Below, piece after piece: positions 41,216 to 51,400 of a stretch of 64,000 nucleotides of DNA. This DNA is from Burkholderiaceae bacterium (lineage in GTDB: Bacteria > Pseudomonadota > Gammaproteobacteria > Burkholderiales > Burkholderiaceae_C), in the NCBI GenBank assembly GCA_022072045.1, contig JAJVIL010000010.1, forward strand, positions 1,617 to 65,616. The letters run 5' to 3'. Every line of letters begins with the position of its first letter. Position 1 is the stretch's first letter. Below the pieces are notes generated by a model. The model ran no database searches. It was not told the origin of the DNA and worked only from the letters and a program-made list of their open reading frames with translations. The position numbers and the translations under genes are program-made.

Positions 41216-42154
41216 ATGGACCACCAGTTTCCACCTTCGCTCGCAAGCGGCGGCAGTGTGCGTTTGACCGATTGGGCGCTGTTGCGTGCGCATGGCGCCG
41301 ACGCGGCCACGTTTCTTCAGGGCCAGTTGACGCAGGACGTATCGGGCATGTCGGCCGATGAAATGCGTCTGGGCGGCTACTGTTCGCCCAAGGGGCGGCT
41401 GCTTGCGAGCTTCGTGATCTGGCGCATGGGCAGCGGCGAATTCGGCCTCGTGTGCAGCGCCGACGTGGCGGCGGCCGTGCGCAAGCGGCTGTCGATGTAC
41501 ATCTTGCGTGCGCGCTGTCGCATCGACGAAGCCAACAGCCAGTGGGCCGTGTTCGGAGTCGCCGGAAGGGCCGTTGCCGGCGACGACGCGCCGGCACCGT
41601 GGCGTGCGCGTCAGCGCGACGGCGGGCCATGGTGGCTCGGCATGCCGGTGGTCGACGGCGTGCCTCGCTGGCTGCTCGTGCAGCCGGTCGATGCGCCGCC
41701 TCCCGCAGGGCCCGGGTTGGAGCCCGGCGCCTGGGGCTGGCTCGAGGTGACCAGCGGCGTGCCTCGCATCACGGCGGCCACCAGCGAGCAGTTCGTGCCG
41801 CAGATGATCAATTTCGAGTTGGTCGGCGGGGTGCATTTCCAGAAGGGCTGCTATCCCGGGCAGGAAGTGGTGGCGCGCAGCCAGTATCGCGGCACGATCA
41901 AGCGTCGCCTGCATCTGTTTGCGACAGCCGGTTCGGCGCTGCCCGGACAGGAGCTTTTTCACAGTCAGGATCCGTCGCAGCCCGCCGGCATGGTGGTCAA
42001 CGCGGCGGCAATCCAGGGTCTGGGTACCCGTGTGCTCGCCGAAGTCAAGCTCGGCGCGCTCGACGATGGCAGTCTGCACCTGGGCAGTCCCGAGGGCGCG
42101 CAGTTGCAACAACTGCCCCTGCCCTACAGCGTGCCCGAGTTGGCCCACGCGTGA
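41216..42154 (+). CDS. ygfZ: Folate-binding Fe-S cluster repair / tRNA-modification protein YgfZ
   Basis: Aminomethyltransferase-like fold motifs and the signature KGCYPGQE. Confidence 0.8.
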   Translation: MDHQFPPSLASGGSVRLTDWALLRAHGADAATFLQGQLTQDVSGMSADEMRLGGYCSPKGRLLASFVIWRMGSGEFGLVCSADVAAAVRKRLSMYILRARCRIDEANSQWAVFGVAGRAVAGDDAPAPWRARQRDGGPWWLGMPVVDGVPRWLLVQPVDAPPPAGPGLEPGAWGWLEVTSGVPRITAATSEQFVPQMINFELVGGVHFQKGCYPGQEVVARSQYRGTIKRRLHLFATAGSALPGQELFHSQDPSQPAGMVVNAAAIQGLGTRVLAEVKLGALDDGSLHLGSPEGAQLQQLPLPYSVPELAHA

Positions 42155-42459
42155 GCGCCACCGGTCGCGCGGAGCTGTACGTCTACTACCGCGTGACGCA
42201 GGCGGACCTGCCGCGTGCGCTGGCGATCGTGCGCGGCTTCCAGCGCAGCCTGCGCAGTGCGCACGCCGGCTTGGCCGCTCGCGTGCTGAGGCGCCCGAAC
42301 GCTTCCAGCGGCGAGATGACCTTGATGGAGATCTACGCGCTCGACCGCGCTGCTGGCATCGACGAAGCCCTGCGCGCGCGGATCGACGCGGCAGCCGAGG
42401 CGCTGGGCCCGCTGCTGACCAGCGCCCGGCACGTCGAGACGTTCGAATCGCTCGACTGA
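42151..42459 (+). CDS. Small conserved protein (DUF4936-like)
   Basis: 102 aa from a GTG overlapping the ygfZ stop (GTGA). The sequence ELYVYYRV....... TLMEIY is the pattern I associate with DUF4936. The family call is uncertain. Confidence 0.5.
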   Translation: MSATGRAELYVYYRVTQADLPRALAIVRGFQRSLRSAHAGLAARVLRRPNASSGEMTLMEIYALDRAAGIDEALRARIDAAAEALGPLLTSARHVETFESLD

Positions 42460-42466
42460 CGCACCG

Positions 42467-43330
42467 CTACAGAGCCCGCACCATCTCGATGTGCGGAATG
42501 CCGGCGTCCTCGAACACCGGCCCGCGCGCGACGAACCCTGCACGGCTGTAGAACGGCGCTGCGCCGAGTTGCGCATGCAGCAGTGCCTCGCGGTCGCCGC
42601 GCTCGCGCGCGTGTTGCAGCAGCGCATCGAGCACCGCGCGACCGATATGACCGCCGCGCATCGGTGCCAGCACGGCCATGCGACCGATCTTCGCCACGCC
42701 GGGCACGTGCTCGAGCATCCGGCCGGTGCCCAGCGGCACGCCGAAGCGGTTGCTGGCCAGCGCGTGAACGCAGCCCTCGTCGGCACCGTCCCACTCCATG
42801 TCGGCCGGGATGCGCTGCTCGTCGACGAACACCTGCGAGCGGATCTTGCGTGCGGCATCGCCGAGATCGCTCCAGCGCCCGACTCGCACGTCGACCATCG
42901 ACTTTCCGGCCTCATAGGCCTGCAGGAGGTCGCGGAAGGCCTGCGGAATCGGCTTGGCCGTCATGGTCGCCGGGTCGGCAAACACATACACGAGGTCGCC
43001 GCTGACCAGCAGTTGTTCACCACGGAATACTCCGCACCCCAACACCATCGACGAGTTGCCGATCTTCTGCGTTTGCACGCCGACCTCGATCAGATCGTCG
43101 TAGCGCGCCGAGGCCATGTACTCGAGCGTCGCCTTGCGGGCGTAGAAGTCGCCTTCGAGGTACGCCATGGTCTCGTGATACGGGATGGCGAGCGCGCGCC
43201 AGTAGCCTGCCATCGCGGTATCGAAGTACATCAGATAGTGCGCGTTGAACACGATGTTCTGCATGTCGACTTCCGCCCAGCGCACGCGCAGGCGCTCGAA
43301 GTAGCGAAAGTCCGATCGGGTTGTGGTCAT
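42467..43330 (-). CDS. Fusion protein: 4HBT/YbgC-type acyl-CoA thioesterase fused to a GNAT N-acetyltransferase
   Basis: The N-terminal half (VRWAEVDMQNIVFNAHYLMYFD) is a hot-dog thioesterase. The C-terminal half (IGRMAVL..MRGGHIGRAVLDALL..A...G) is a GNAT acetyl-CoA site. ATG at 43330. Confidence 0.75.
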   Translation of the reverse strand: MTTTRSDFRYFERLRVRWAEVDMQNIVFNAHYLMYFDTAMAGYWRALAIPYHETMAYLEGDFYARKATLEYMASARYDDLIEVGVQTQKIGNSSMVLGCGVFRGEQLLVSGDLVYVFADPATMTAKPIPQAFRDLLQAYEAGKSMVDVRVGRWSDLGDAARKIRSQVFVDEQRIPADMEWDGADEGCVHALASNRFGVPLGTGRMLEHVPGVAKIGRMAVLAPMRGGHIGRAVLDALLQHARERGDREALLHAQLGAAPFYSRAGFVARGPVFEDAGIPHIEMVRAL

Positions 43331-43473
43331 GGTGGTCACTTGTGCGGTGCGATGCCGCCGAAGCCGAGCATACCCAAGCCGCGCGACAAGACCGGCAAGC
43401 CGATCCATGCTGCGATGGCCTCCCCGTCTGGGCAGCCCCGCGAGCGCTGCATCGGTCGCCCATGGAACGACGA

Positions 43474-43500
43474 GGCCCGATCGCTGGTGGCGATCGGGCC
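43474..43500 (-). terminator. Candidate stem-loop terminator after aceA
   Basis: An 11-bp perfect stem GGCCCGATCGC/GCGATCGGGCC with a 5-nt loop, 37 nt downstream of the aceA stop. No strong U-tract. Confidence 0.4.
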
Positions 43501-43536
43501 TGCAAGGGCGACCGGGTCGTCCGGTTCGTAAACGGC

Positions 43537-44835
<1,299 letters not shown>

Positions 44836-45051
44836 TTGCGGGGCTCCAAGTGGTCGGTTGTGGGTGAATGCTGCATGGCGACAAGCCTAATGGGGAGCCC
44901 GACAACATGATCTTATAGAAGACGAAAAATTAACTTCGGCAAATCAAATAGATAGCGATGATGTTCTGTATTGTAAAATTTTAGATAGAAACACGGAAAC
45001 TTCTACTCGCATGCTTTCACACAGTAATCCACGATATGGCATCGAAATCCC

Positions 45052-45774
45052 TTAATGCGAAAACCAACGAGCTCGCATGATCCATTGCCGATAGATCCGG
45101 TCAGCCAATCGCTGCTGTGGCTCGAGCAATCGGACCGTGTCCTGGCGGATGCGCTCAGCGGGATGCACGCTGTCGAAGCTGTGTTGGGCCCGCAAGTACT
45201 GAGCGTCGCCATGTCCGAGCCAGAGATCGATCTTGGGTGAGTCGACCTCGACGTGGAACTGCAGGCCGAGGTGGGGCCCGATGGCGAACGCCTGATGCAA
45301 GCACTGCGCGCTCGTGGCAAGGCCCTGCGCATCGGCCGGCAGATCGAATGCCTCGTAGTGCCATTGGAAGACCTGCTGTGCCGCTTCCGGGCCGAGCCAC
45401 TCCCGGCTCGCCGGCGAATCGATGCGATCGATGCGGTGCCAACCGATCTCCGGCGATGGTGAGGCACCGACGCGTGCGCCGAGCACATGCGCCATCAATT
45501 GACCCCCGAGGCAGTGACCGAGCACTGGAACGTCGTGGCTCATCGCTTGCTCGATCAGGCGACACGCGGCGCGGACGAACGGCAGGTCGTCGTTTGCGCT
45601 CATCACGCCACCCAGCAGCGCCAGCGCGGCGTAGCGATCTATCCGGTCGGGAAATCCTTCGCTTGCCGTGGCCACGCGCAATTCGCTGGCGAGGCCGTGG
45701 CGTTGCAGCCAGGTGCCGAGGTAGGCCGGCGCATCGTCGTCCATGAACTGCAGGATCAGTACGGGCTTGGTCAC
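45052..45774 (-). CDS. Class I glutamine amidotransferase-like protein
   Basis: Nucleophile elbow GHCLGGQL and FQ.H.E near the C-terminus. GTG start. Confidence 0.75.
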   Translation of the reverse strand: MTKPVLILQFMDDDAPAYLGTWLQRHGLASELRVATASEGFPDRIDRYAALALLGGVMSANDDLPFVRAACRLIEQAMSHDVPVLGHCLGGQLMAHVLGARVGASPSPEIGWHRIDRIDSPASREWLGPEAAQQVFQWHYEAFDLPADAQGLATSAQCLHQAFAIGPHLGLQFHVEVDSPKIDLWLGHGDAQYLRAQHSFDSVHPAERIRQDTVRLLEPQQRLADRIYRQWIMRARWFSH

Positions 45775-45908
45775 GATCCGAGCAAAGTCGATCTGGTATT
45801 GCCTTCATCATGCCCCGGCGGGAACACGGAAGCGCCGGCACAGGCAAAATGCCCGCTTCGTCGGTGACGAACGGCTCGTTGCATGACCCAAGACCAGGAG
45901 AACCACGC

Positions 45909-47210
45909 ATGAAGCTCGACGCCTATTGGATGCCGTTCACGGCCAACCGCCAATTCAAGAAGGCCCCTCGCCTGCTGGCCCGCGCCGATGGCATGCACTA
46001 CTGGACACACGACGGCCGGCAGATCCTCGACGCCATCGCGGGCATGTGGTGCGTCAACGCCGGCCATGCGCGCCCGAAGATCGTGAAGGCGATCCAGGAG
46101 CAGGCGGCCGAGCTGGACTTTGCACCGCCGTTCCAGATGGCGCACCCGAAGGCGTTCGAGCTGGCCGAGGAGGCCGTCAAGCTTGCCCCGCCGGGGATGA
46201 CCAAGCTGTTCTTCACCAACTCGGGTTCGGAGTCTGTCGACACTGCGCTCAAGATGGCGCTGGCGTACCACCGCGTGCGCGGCGAAGGCCATCGCACGCG
46301 GCTGATCGGCCGCGAGCGCGGCTACCACGGCGTGAATTTCGGTGGCCTGTCGGTCGGTGGCATGACGGCCAACCGCAAGATGTTCGGCGCCATGCTGGCC
46401 GGCGTCGACCACCTGCGCCACACGCACGATCTGGCGCGCAATGCGTTCAGCGTCGGCTTGCCCGAGCACGGCGCCGAACTGGCCGACGATCTCGAGCGCC
46501 TGTGCGTGCTGCACGACCCTTCGACCATTGCCGCGGTGATCGTCGAGCCAATCGCCGGTTCGGCCGGCGTGTTCCTGCCGCCCAAGGGCTACCTGCAGCG
46601 GTTGCGCCAGATCTGCGACAAGCACGGCATCCTGCTGATCTTCGACGAGGTGATCACGGGGTTCGGCCGCACCGGCCAGCCGTTCGCCGCGCAGACCTTC
46701 GGCGTCACGCCCGACCTGATGACGGTGGCCAAGGGGCTCACCAACGGCTGCGTGCCGATGGGCGGCGTGTTCGTCAAGCAGGCGATCCACGACGCTTTCA
46801 TGAGCGGGCCCGAGCACCTGATCGAGTTCTTCCACGGCTACACCTATTCGGCCCATTCGCTGGCCTGCGCGGCGGGCCTCGGAACCCTCGCAACGTACGC
46901 CGAAGAGGGCCTGTTGACGCGCGCGGCCACGCTGCACAGCTACTTCGGCGAGGCCGTGCATTCGCTCAACGGGCTGGCCAACGTGATCGACGTGCGCAAT
47001 TTCGGCCTGGTGGCCGGCATCGAGCTGCGGCCGATCGACGGCGAGCCGACCAAGCGTGCGTACAACGTCTTCCTCGACTGCTTCGACAAGGGCGTGCTGG
47101 TGCGCACCACGGGCGACATCATCGCGTTGTCACCACCGCTGATCGTCGAGCGCGAGCACATCGACAGAATCGTCGACACGCTGCGCGGCGCGATCCAGCG
47201 CGCCGCGTGA
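45909..47210 (+). CDS. Class III aminotransferase (omega-amino acid/beta-alanine:pyruvate transaminase-like)
   Basis: Motifs HWMPF-like YWMPFTANR, GYHGVNFGG, LIFDEVITGFGR and MTVAKGLTNG, collinear with Pseudomonas beta-alanine-pyruvate transaminase. ATG 45909 follows GGAG. Confidence 0.85.
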   Translation: MKLDAYWMPFTANRQFKKAPRLLARADGMHYWTHDGRQILDAIAGMWCVNAGHARPKIVKAIQEQAAELDFAPPFQMAHPKAFELAEEAVKLAPPGMTKLFFTNSGSESVDTALKMALAYHRVRGEGHRTRLIGRERGYHGVNFGGLSVGGMTANRKMFGAMLAGVDHLRHTHDLARNAFSVGLPEHGAELADDLERLCVLHDPSTIAAVIVEPIAGSAGVFLPPKGYLQRLRQICDKHGILLIFDEVITGFGRTGQPFAAQTFGVTPDLMTVAKGLTNGCVPMGGVFVKQAIHDAFMSGPEHLIEFFHGYTYSAHSLACAAGLGTLATYAEEGLLTRAATLHSYFGEAVHSLNGLANVIDVRNFGLVAGIELRPIDGEPTKRAYNVFLDCFDKGVLVRTTGDIIALSPPLIVEREHIDRIVDTLRGAIQRAA

Positions 47211-47244
47211 AGGTGCCGCCGGCCGCGCGGCAGGTGAACGCGCG

Positions 47245-48165
47245 GTGAGCGGCCCGCCGTGGGCCGCCTACGCCAGCCTTGCGGCGAGCATGGCGCTGGT
47301 CGGCAGCTACGTGGGGCTCTCGAAACTGCTGCTGGCGGCGTTCCCGGTGTTCCTGCTGGCATGGCTGCGCTTCGGCATCGCGGCTCTGGCGATGCCGCAT
47401 TGGCTGCCGCGGCGTCTGGGCGAGCCTGCGCTGTCGCGCCACGACCGCTGGCTGTTGTTCTGGGAGAGCTTCCTCGGCAACTTCCTGTTCTCGATCTGCA
47501 TGCTCTACGGCGTACTGTTCAGCTCGGCGGTCGCCGCCGGCGTCGTGCTGGCGGCGATCCCGGCGGCGGTGGCGGTGTTGTCACGCATCTTCCTGCACGA
47601 GCGCATTGCGCCGCGCGTCATGGCCGCCATCGCCTGTGCGGTGGCGGGCATCGCACTGCTGGCGCTCGGACGGGCTGACCCCGACGTCGCGGTCGTCGGC
47701 GCGCACCCTGTCCTCGGCCATGCGCTGCTGATCGGCGCGGCGATCTGCGAGGCGAGTTATGTCGTCATCGGCAAGCGGCTGACTGCGCAAGTGTCGCCGC
47801 GTCGCATCAGCGCGCTGATCAACCTGTGGGGCCTGGTGCTGATCACTCCGTTAGGACTGTGGCAGGCCTGGTCGCATGATTTCGCTGCGGTGTCCTCGGC
47901 CACTTGGGCTCTGCTGGTTTTCTACTCGCTGGCGGCCAGCGTCGCCACCGTGTGGCTGTGGATGCGCGGGCTGCGTCAGGTGCAGGCCTCGCGCGCCGGG
48001 GTGTTCACGGTGCTGCTGCCGGTGGCCTCCGCGCTGGTGGGCGTGGTGGTGCTGCATGAGTCGTTCACGCTGTGGCACGCCACCGCGTTCGGTCTGGCAT
48101 TGGGAGGCCTGTTGCTGGCCACTTGGCCGGGTGGCATGCGGGTTGCCGCCACTTTGGGGGCTTGA
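47245..48165 (+). CDS. DMT-superfamily (EamA) transporter
   Basis: About 10 hydrophobic segments and a duplicated EamA pattern. GTG start. Confidence 0.75.
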   Translation: MSGPPWAAYASLAASMALVGSYVGLSKLLLAAFPVFLLAWLRFGIAALAMPHWLPRRLGEPALSRHDRWLLFWESFLGNFLFSICMLYGVLFSSAVAAGVVLAAIPAAVAVLSRIFLHERIAPRVMAAIACAVAGIALLALGRADPDVAVVGAHPVLGHALLIGAAICEASYVVIGKRLTAQVSPRRISALINLWGLVLITPLGLWQAWSHDFAAVSSATWALLVFYSLAASVATVWLWMRGLRQVQASRAGVFTVLLPVASALVGVVVLHESFTLWHATAFGLALGGLLLATWPGGMRVAATLGA

Positions 48166-48177
48166 CCCTCGGGCACC

Positions 48178-49209
48178 TCACGCGGGCTGCGGCTCGAGAC
48201 CGCTCATGGCGGCACGTGCACGCCGCATGACCTCGGCCGGCGCCAGTCGATTCAGCTTGTGGTCCGACCACACCTGACGCCAGCGTCGCGCGCCGGGCTC
48301 TCCGAGTCGCAGCCCCATCATGTGGCGCGCCACGGCCAGCCACGAGGTGCCGTGGCGCGCGTGTTGTTCGACCATGTAGCGCACCATCGCCTGCTCGACC
48401 CCGTCGCGCGTGAGCCCTGGTGCGCTCGGTGAACCGAAGGCCAGCGCCTCCCATTCGCGCAGACGCCACGGGTCGTGATACGCGGCCCGGCCGATCATCA
48501 CGCCGTCGACGCGCTCCAGTTCGGCCAGCAGTGGCGCCGGTTCACCGAGGCCGCCATTGAGGACGAACGTCCAGCACGGAAAGTCGCGCTTGAGATGCGC
48601 AACGGTCTCCGGGCGCAGCGGCGGCACTTCGCGGTTGCGCTTGGGGCTGAGGCCGTCGAGCCAGGCATTGCGCGCGTGCACGATGAAAACGCTGCAGCCG
48701 CCCTCGCCCACCGTGCCGACGAAGTCGCGCACGAAGCCGTAGTCATCGATGCGGTCGATGCCGATGCGGTGTTTGACCGTCACCGGTAGGGTCACCGCAT
48801 CGCGCATCGCAGTGACGCAATCGCGCACCAGCATGGGCTCGGCCATCAGGCAGGCACCGAAGGCGCCGCGCTGCACCCGCGGGCTCGGGCAGCCGCAATT
48901 GAGATTGACCTCGTCGTAGCCCCACCGTTGCGCCAATTTCGCGCATTGCGCCAGTTCGGCGGGCTCGCTGCCACCCAACTGCAATGCCAGCGGATGCTCG
49001 GCGGCGTCGAAATCCAGATGGCGCGGCACGTCGCCGTGCAGCAGCGCGCCGGTGGTGATCATCTCCGTGTACAGCCGCGCGCGCGGCGCGATCAGGCGGT
49101 GGAAGTACCGGCAGTGGCGGTCCGTCCAGTCCATCATCGGCGCCACGCACAGGCGCCAGCTTGCCGGTGACGGCGTCGTGACCGTTGGCGGTCCGATGTT
49201 CGAGTGCAT
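48178..49209 (-). CDS. dusA: tRNA-dihydrouridine(20/20a) synthase
   Basis: Motifs VAPMMDWTDRHCRYF, NLNCGCPS and VTVKHRIG. Confidence 0.9.
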   Translation of the reverse strand: MHSNIGPPTVTTPSPASWRLCVAPMMDWTDRHCRYFHRLIAPRARLYTEMITTGALLHGDVPRHLDFDAAEHPLALQLGGSEPAELAQCAKLAQRWGYDEVNLNCGCPSPRVQRGAFGACLMAEPMLVRDCVTAMRDAVTLPVTVKHRIGIDRIDDYGFVRDFVGTVGEGGCSVFIVHARNAWLDGLSPKRNREVPPLRPETVAHLKRDFPCWTFVLNGGLGEPAPLLAELERVDGVMIGRAAYHDPWRLREWEALAFGSPSAPGLTRDGVEQAMVRYMVEQHARHGTSWLAVARHMMGLRLGEPGARRWRQVWSDHKLNRLAPAEVMRRARAAMSGLEPQPA

Positions 49210-49281
49210 GCGCCAAGCATGCCACGACGGTGCGCACGGCCGGCCGCCGGGCCGTCGCGCAGCCGTCGCGCGTGCCCACCC

Positions 49282-51003
49282 TCAGTGCGCAGAGGCCGAT
49301 GCCGCGCCGATGCCGGTTTCCGAGCGCACCTGCTGCGCGACGAAGCCGGCACGGTCGCGCTGCGCGCGCGGGCTCTTGTCGAGCACCGAGAACAGCCAGA
49401 TGCCGACGAAGCCGATCACCATCGAGAACAGCGCCGGCGACGCGTACGGGAACAGCGACGACCCCTTCGGGTTGCCCAGCGTGGCCTCCCACACCGCGGG
49501 CGACACCACCGTCAGCACCACCGACGACACGAGGCCGAGGAAGCCGCCAATCACCGCACCGCGGGTGGTGCAGTCCTTCCACAGCACTGACATCAGCAGC
49601 ACCGGGAAGTTGGCCGACGCCGCGATCGCGAACGCCAGGCTGACCATGAAGGCGATGTTCTGCTTCTCGAACGCGATGCCCAGCAGCACCGCGATGATGC
49701 CCAGCGCCACCGTGGTGACGCGCGACACCTTCAGCTCCGACGCGCTTTCGGCCCGGCCCTGCTTGATCACCGTGGAGTACAGATCGTGCGACACCGCGCT
49801 GGCGCCCGACAGCGTGAGCCCGGCCACCACCGCCAGGATGGTGGCGAACGCCACCGCCGAGATGAAGCCGAGGAACACGTTGCCGCCCACCGCGTTGGCC
49901 AGGTGCACCGCGGCCATGTTGCCGCCGCCGAGCAGGCCGCCCTTGGCGTCGAGAAACTGCGGATTGGTCAGCACGAAAGTAATGGCGCCGAATCCGATGA
50001 TGAAGGTCAGCACGTAGAAGTAGCCGATCCAGGTGGTGGCCCAGAACACCGACTTGCGCGCCTCCTTGGCGTTGGGCACGGTGAAGAAGCGCATCAGGAT
50101 GTGCGGCAGCCCGGCAGTGCCGAACATCAACGCCATGCCGAAGCTGATGGCCGAGATCGGGTCCTTGATGAAGCCGCCCGGTCCCATGATCGCGAAGCCT
50201 TCCTTGGCCGCCGCGTCGGGCGGCTTGCCGGCGCTGGTGGCGAGGCCGGTCTTGACCTCGACCGCCTTGGCGAACATCGCCTCGGGCGAGAAACCGAAGC
50301 TCCACAGCACCATCAGCGCCATGAAGGTCGCGCCGCCCAGCAACAGGCAGGCCTTGATGATCTGCACCCAGGTGGTCGCGGTCATGCCGCCGAACAGCAC
50401 GTAGACCATCATCAGCGCGCCGACGATCACCACCGCGATCCAGTAGTCCAGGCCGAACAGCAGCTTGATCAACTGCCCGGCGCCGACCATCTGCGCGATC
50501 AGGTAGAACGCCACCACCACCAGCGTGCCGGAGGCCGCGAACACGCGCACCGGCGCCTGCTCGAAGCGGAACGCGGCGACGTCGGCGAAGGTGAACTTAC
50601 CCAGGTTGCGCAGCCGCTCGGCGAGCAGGAAGGTCACCACCGGCCAGCCGACCAGGAAGCCGATCGAGTAGATCAGCCCGTCGAAGCCGCCCACCATCAC
50701 CGCGGCCGAGATGCCGAGGAACGACGCCGCGCTCATGTAGTCGCCGGCGATCGCCAGCCCGTTCTGGAAGCCGGTGATGCCGCCACCGGCGGTGTAGAAG
50801 TCGGCGGCCGACTTGGTGCGTGCCGCCGCCCACTTGGTGATGAACAGCGTCGCCACGACGAACACCGCGAACATGATGATCGCGGTCCAGTTGGTGGCTT
50901 GCTTCTGCGCCTGCCCGAGGTCGGCACCGGCCGGCCAGACGGCACCGGCCGTGGCGAGGAGCGCGAGCGACGCGGCGCTGGCACGAACGATGGAGCGGCT
51001 CAT
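49282..51003 (-). CDS. actP: Cation/acetate symporter ActP (SSS family)
   Basis: Motifs [29 protein letters not shown] and many TM segments. The ATG overlaps the yjcH stop (ATGA). Confidence 0.9.
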   Translation of the reverse strand: MSRSIVRASAASLALLATAGAVWPAGADLGQAQKQATNWTAIIMFAVFVVATLFITKWAAARTKSAADFYTAGGGITGFQNGLAIAGDYMSAASFLGISAAVMVGGFDGLIYSIGFLVGWPVVTFLLAERLRNLGKFTFADVAAFRFEQAPVRVFAASGTLVVVAFYLIAQMVGAGQLIKLLFGLDYWIAVVIVGALMMVYVLFGGMTATTWVQIIKACLLLGGATFMALMVLWSFGFSPEAMFAKAVEVKTGLATSAGKPPDAAAKEGFAIMGPGGFIKDPISAISFGMALMFGTAGLPHILMRFFTVPNAKEARKSVFWATTWIGYFYVLTFIIGFGAITFVLTNPQFLDAKGGLLGGGNMAAVHLANAVGGNVFLGFISAVAFATILAVVAGLTLSGASAVSHDLYSTVIKQGRAESASELKVSRVTTVALGIIAVLLGIAFEKQNIAFMVSLAFAIAASANFPVLLMSVLWKDCTTRGAVIGGFLGLVSSVVLTVVSPAVWEATLGNPKGSSLFPYASPALFSMVIGFVGIWLFSVLDKSPRAQRDRAGFVAQQVRSETGIGAASASAH

Positions 51004-51308
51004 TTCAGCGCCCCCTTGACGATCTGTTCGGTCAGATCGTCGTACTGCTTGTTGGCGCGCTGCACGTAGATGCCGGTGATGATGATCGTGAAGACGATGA
51101 CGCCCAGACCGATCGGCATGCCGATCGTGGTCACGCCTGCGCCGATCCTGGCGGCCAGGAACGACTTGTCGAACGCCACCAGCAAGATGAAGCCGTAGTA
51201 CACGATCAGCATCGCCAGCGTCAGCCACCAGCCGAAGCGCGAGCGCGCTCTCTTGAGTTGCTGGTAGCGCGGATCGGCGACGATGCGCGCGGTCAGGTCG
51301 TTCTCCAT
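51000..51308 (-). CDS. yjcH: DUF485 inner-membrane protein YjcH
   Basis: 102 aa with two TM segments, the motif [13 protein letters not shown], and the position immediately upstream of actP. RBS GAGGAG. Confidence 0.85.
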   Translation of the reverse strand: MENDLTARIVADPRYQQLKRARSRFGWWLTLAMLIVYYGFILLVAFDKSFLAARIGAGVTTIGMPIGLGVIVFTIIITGIYVQRANKQYDDLTEQIVKGALK

Positions 51309-51400
51309 GGTTTCTCCTCTCGGCCGTGCGGATCATGTCCTCCGCGCGCGCGGCAGGCAAGCCATCTCCCCGGTGGCGATCGCGGCCGCAGGTTGCAGAA

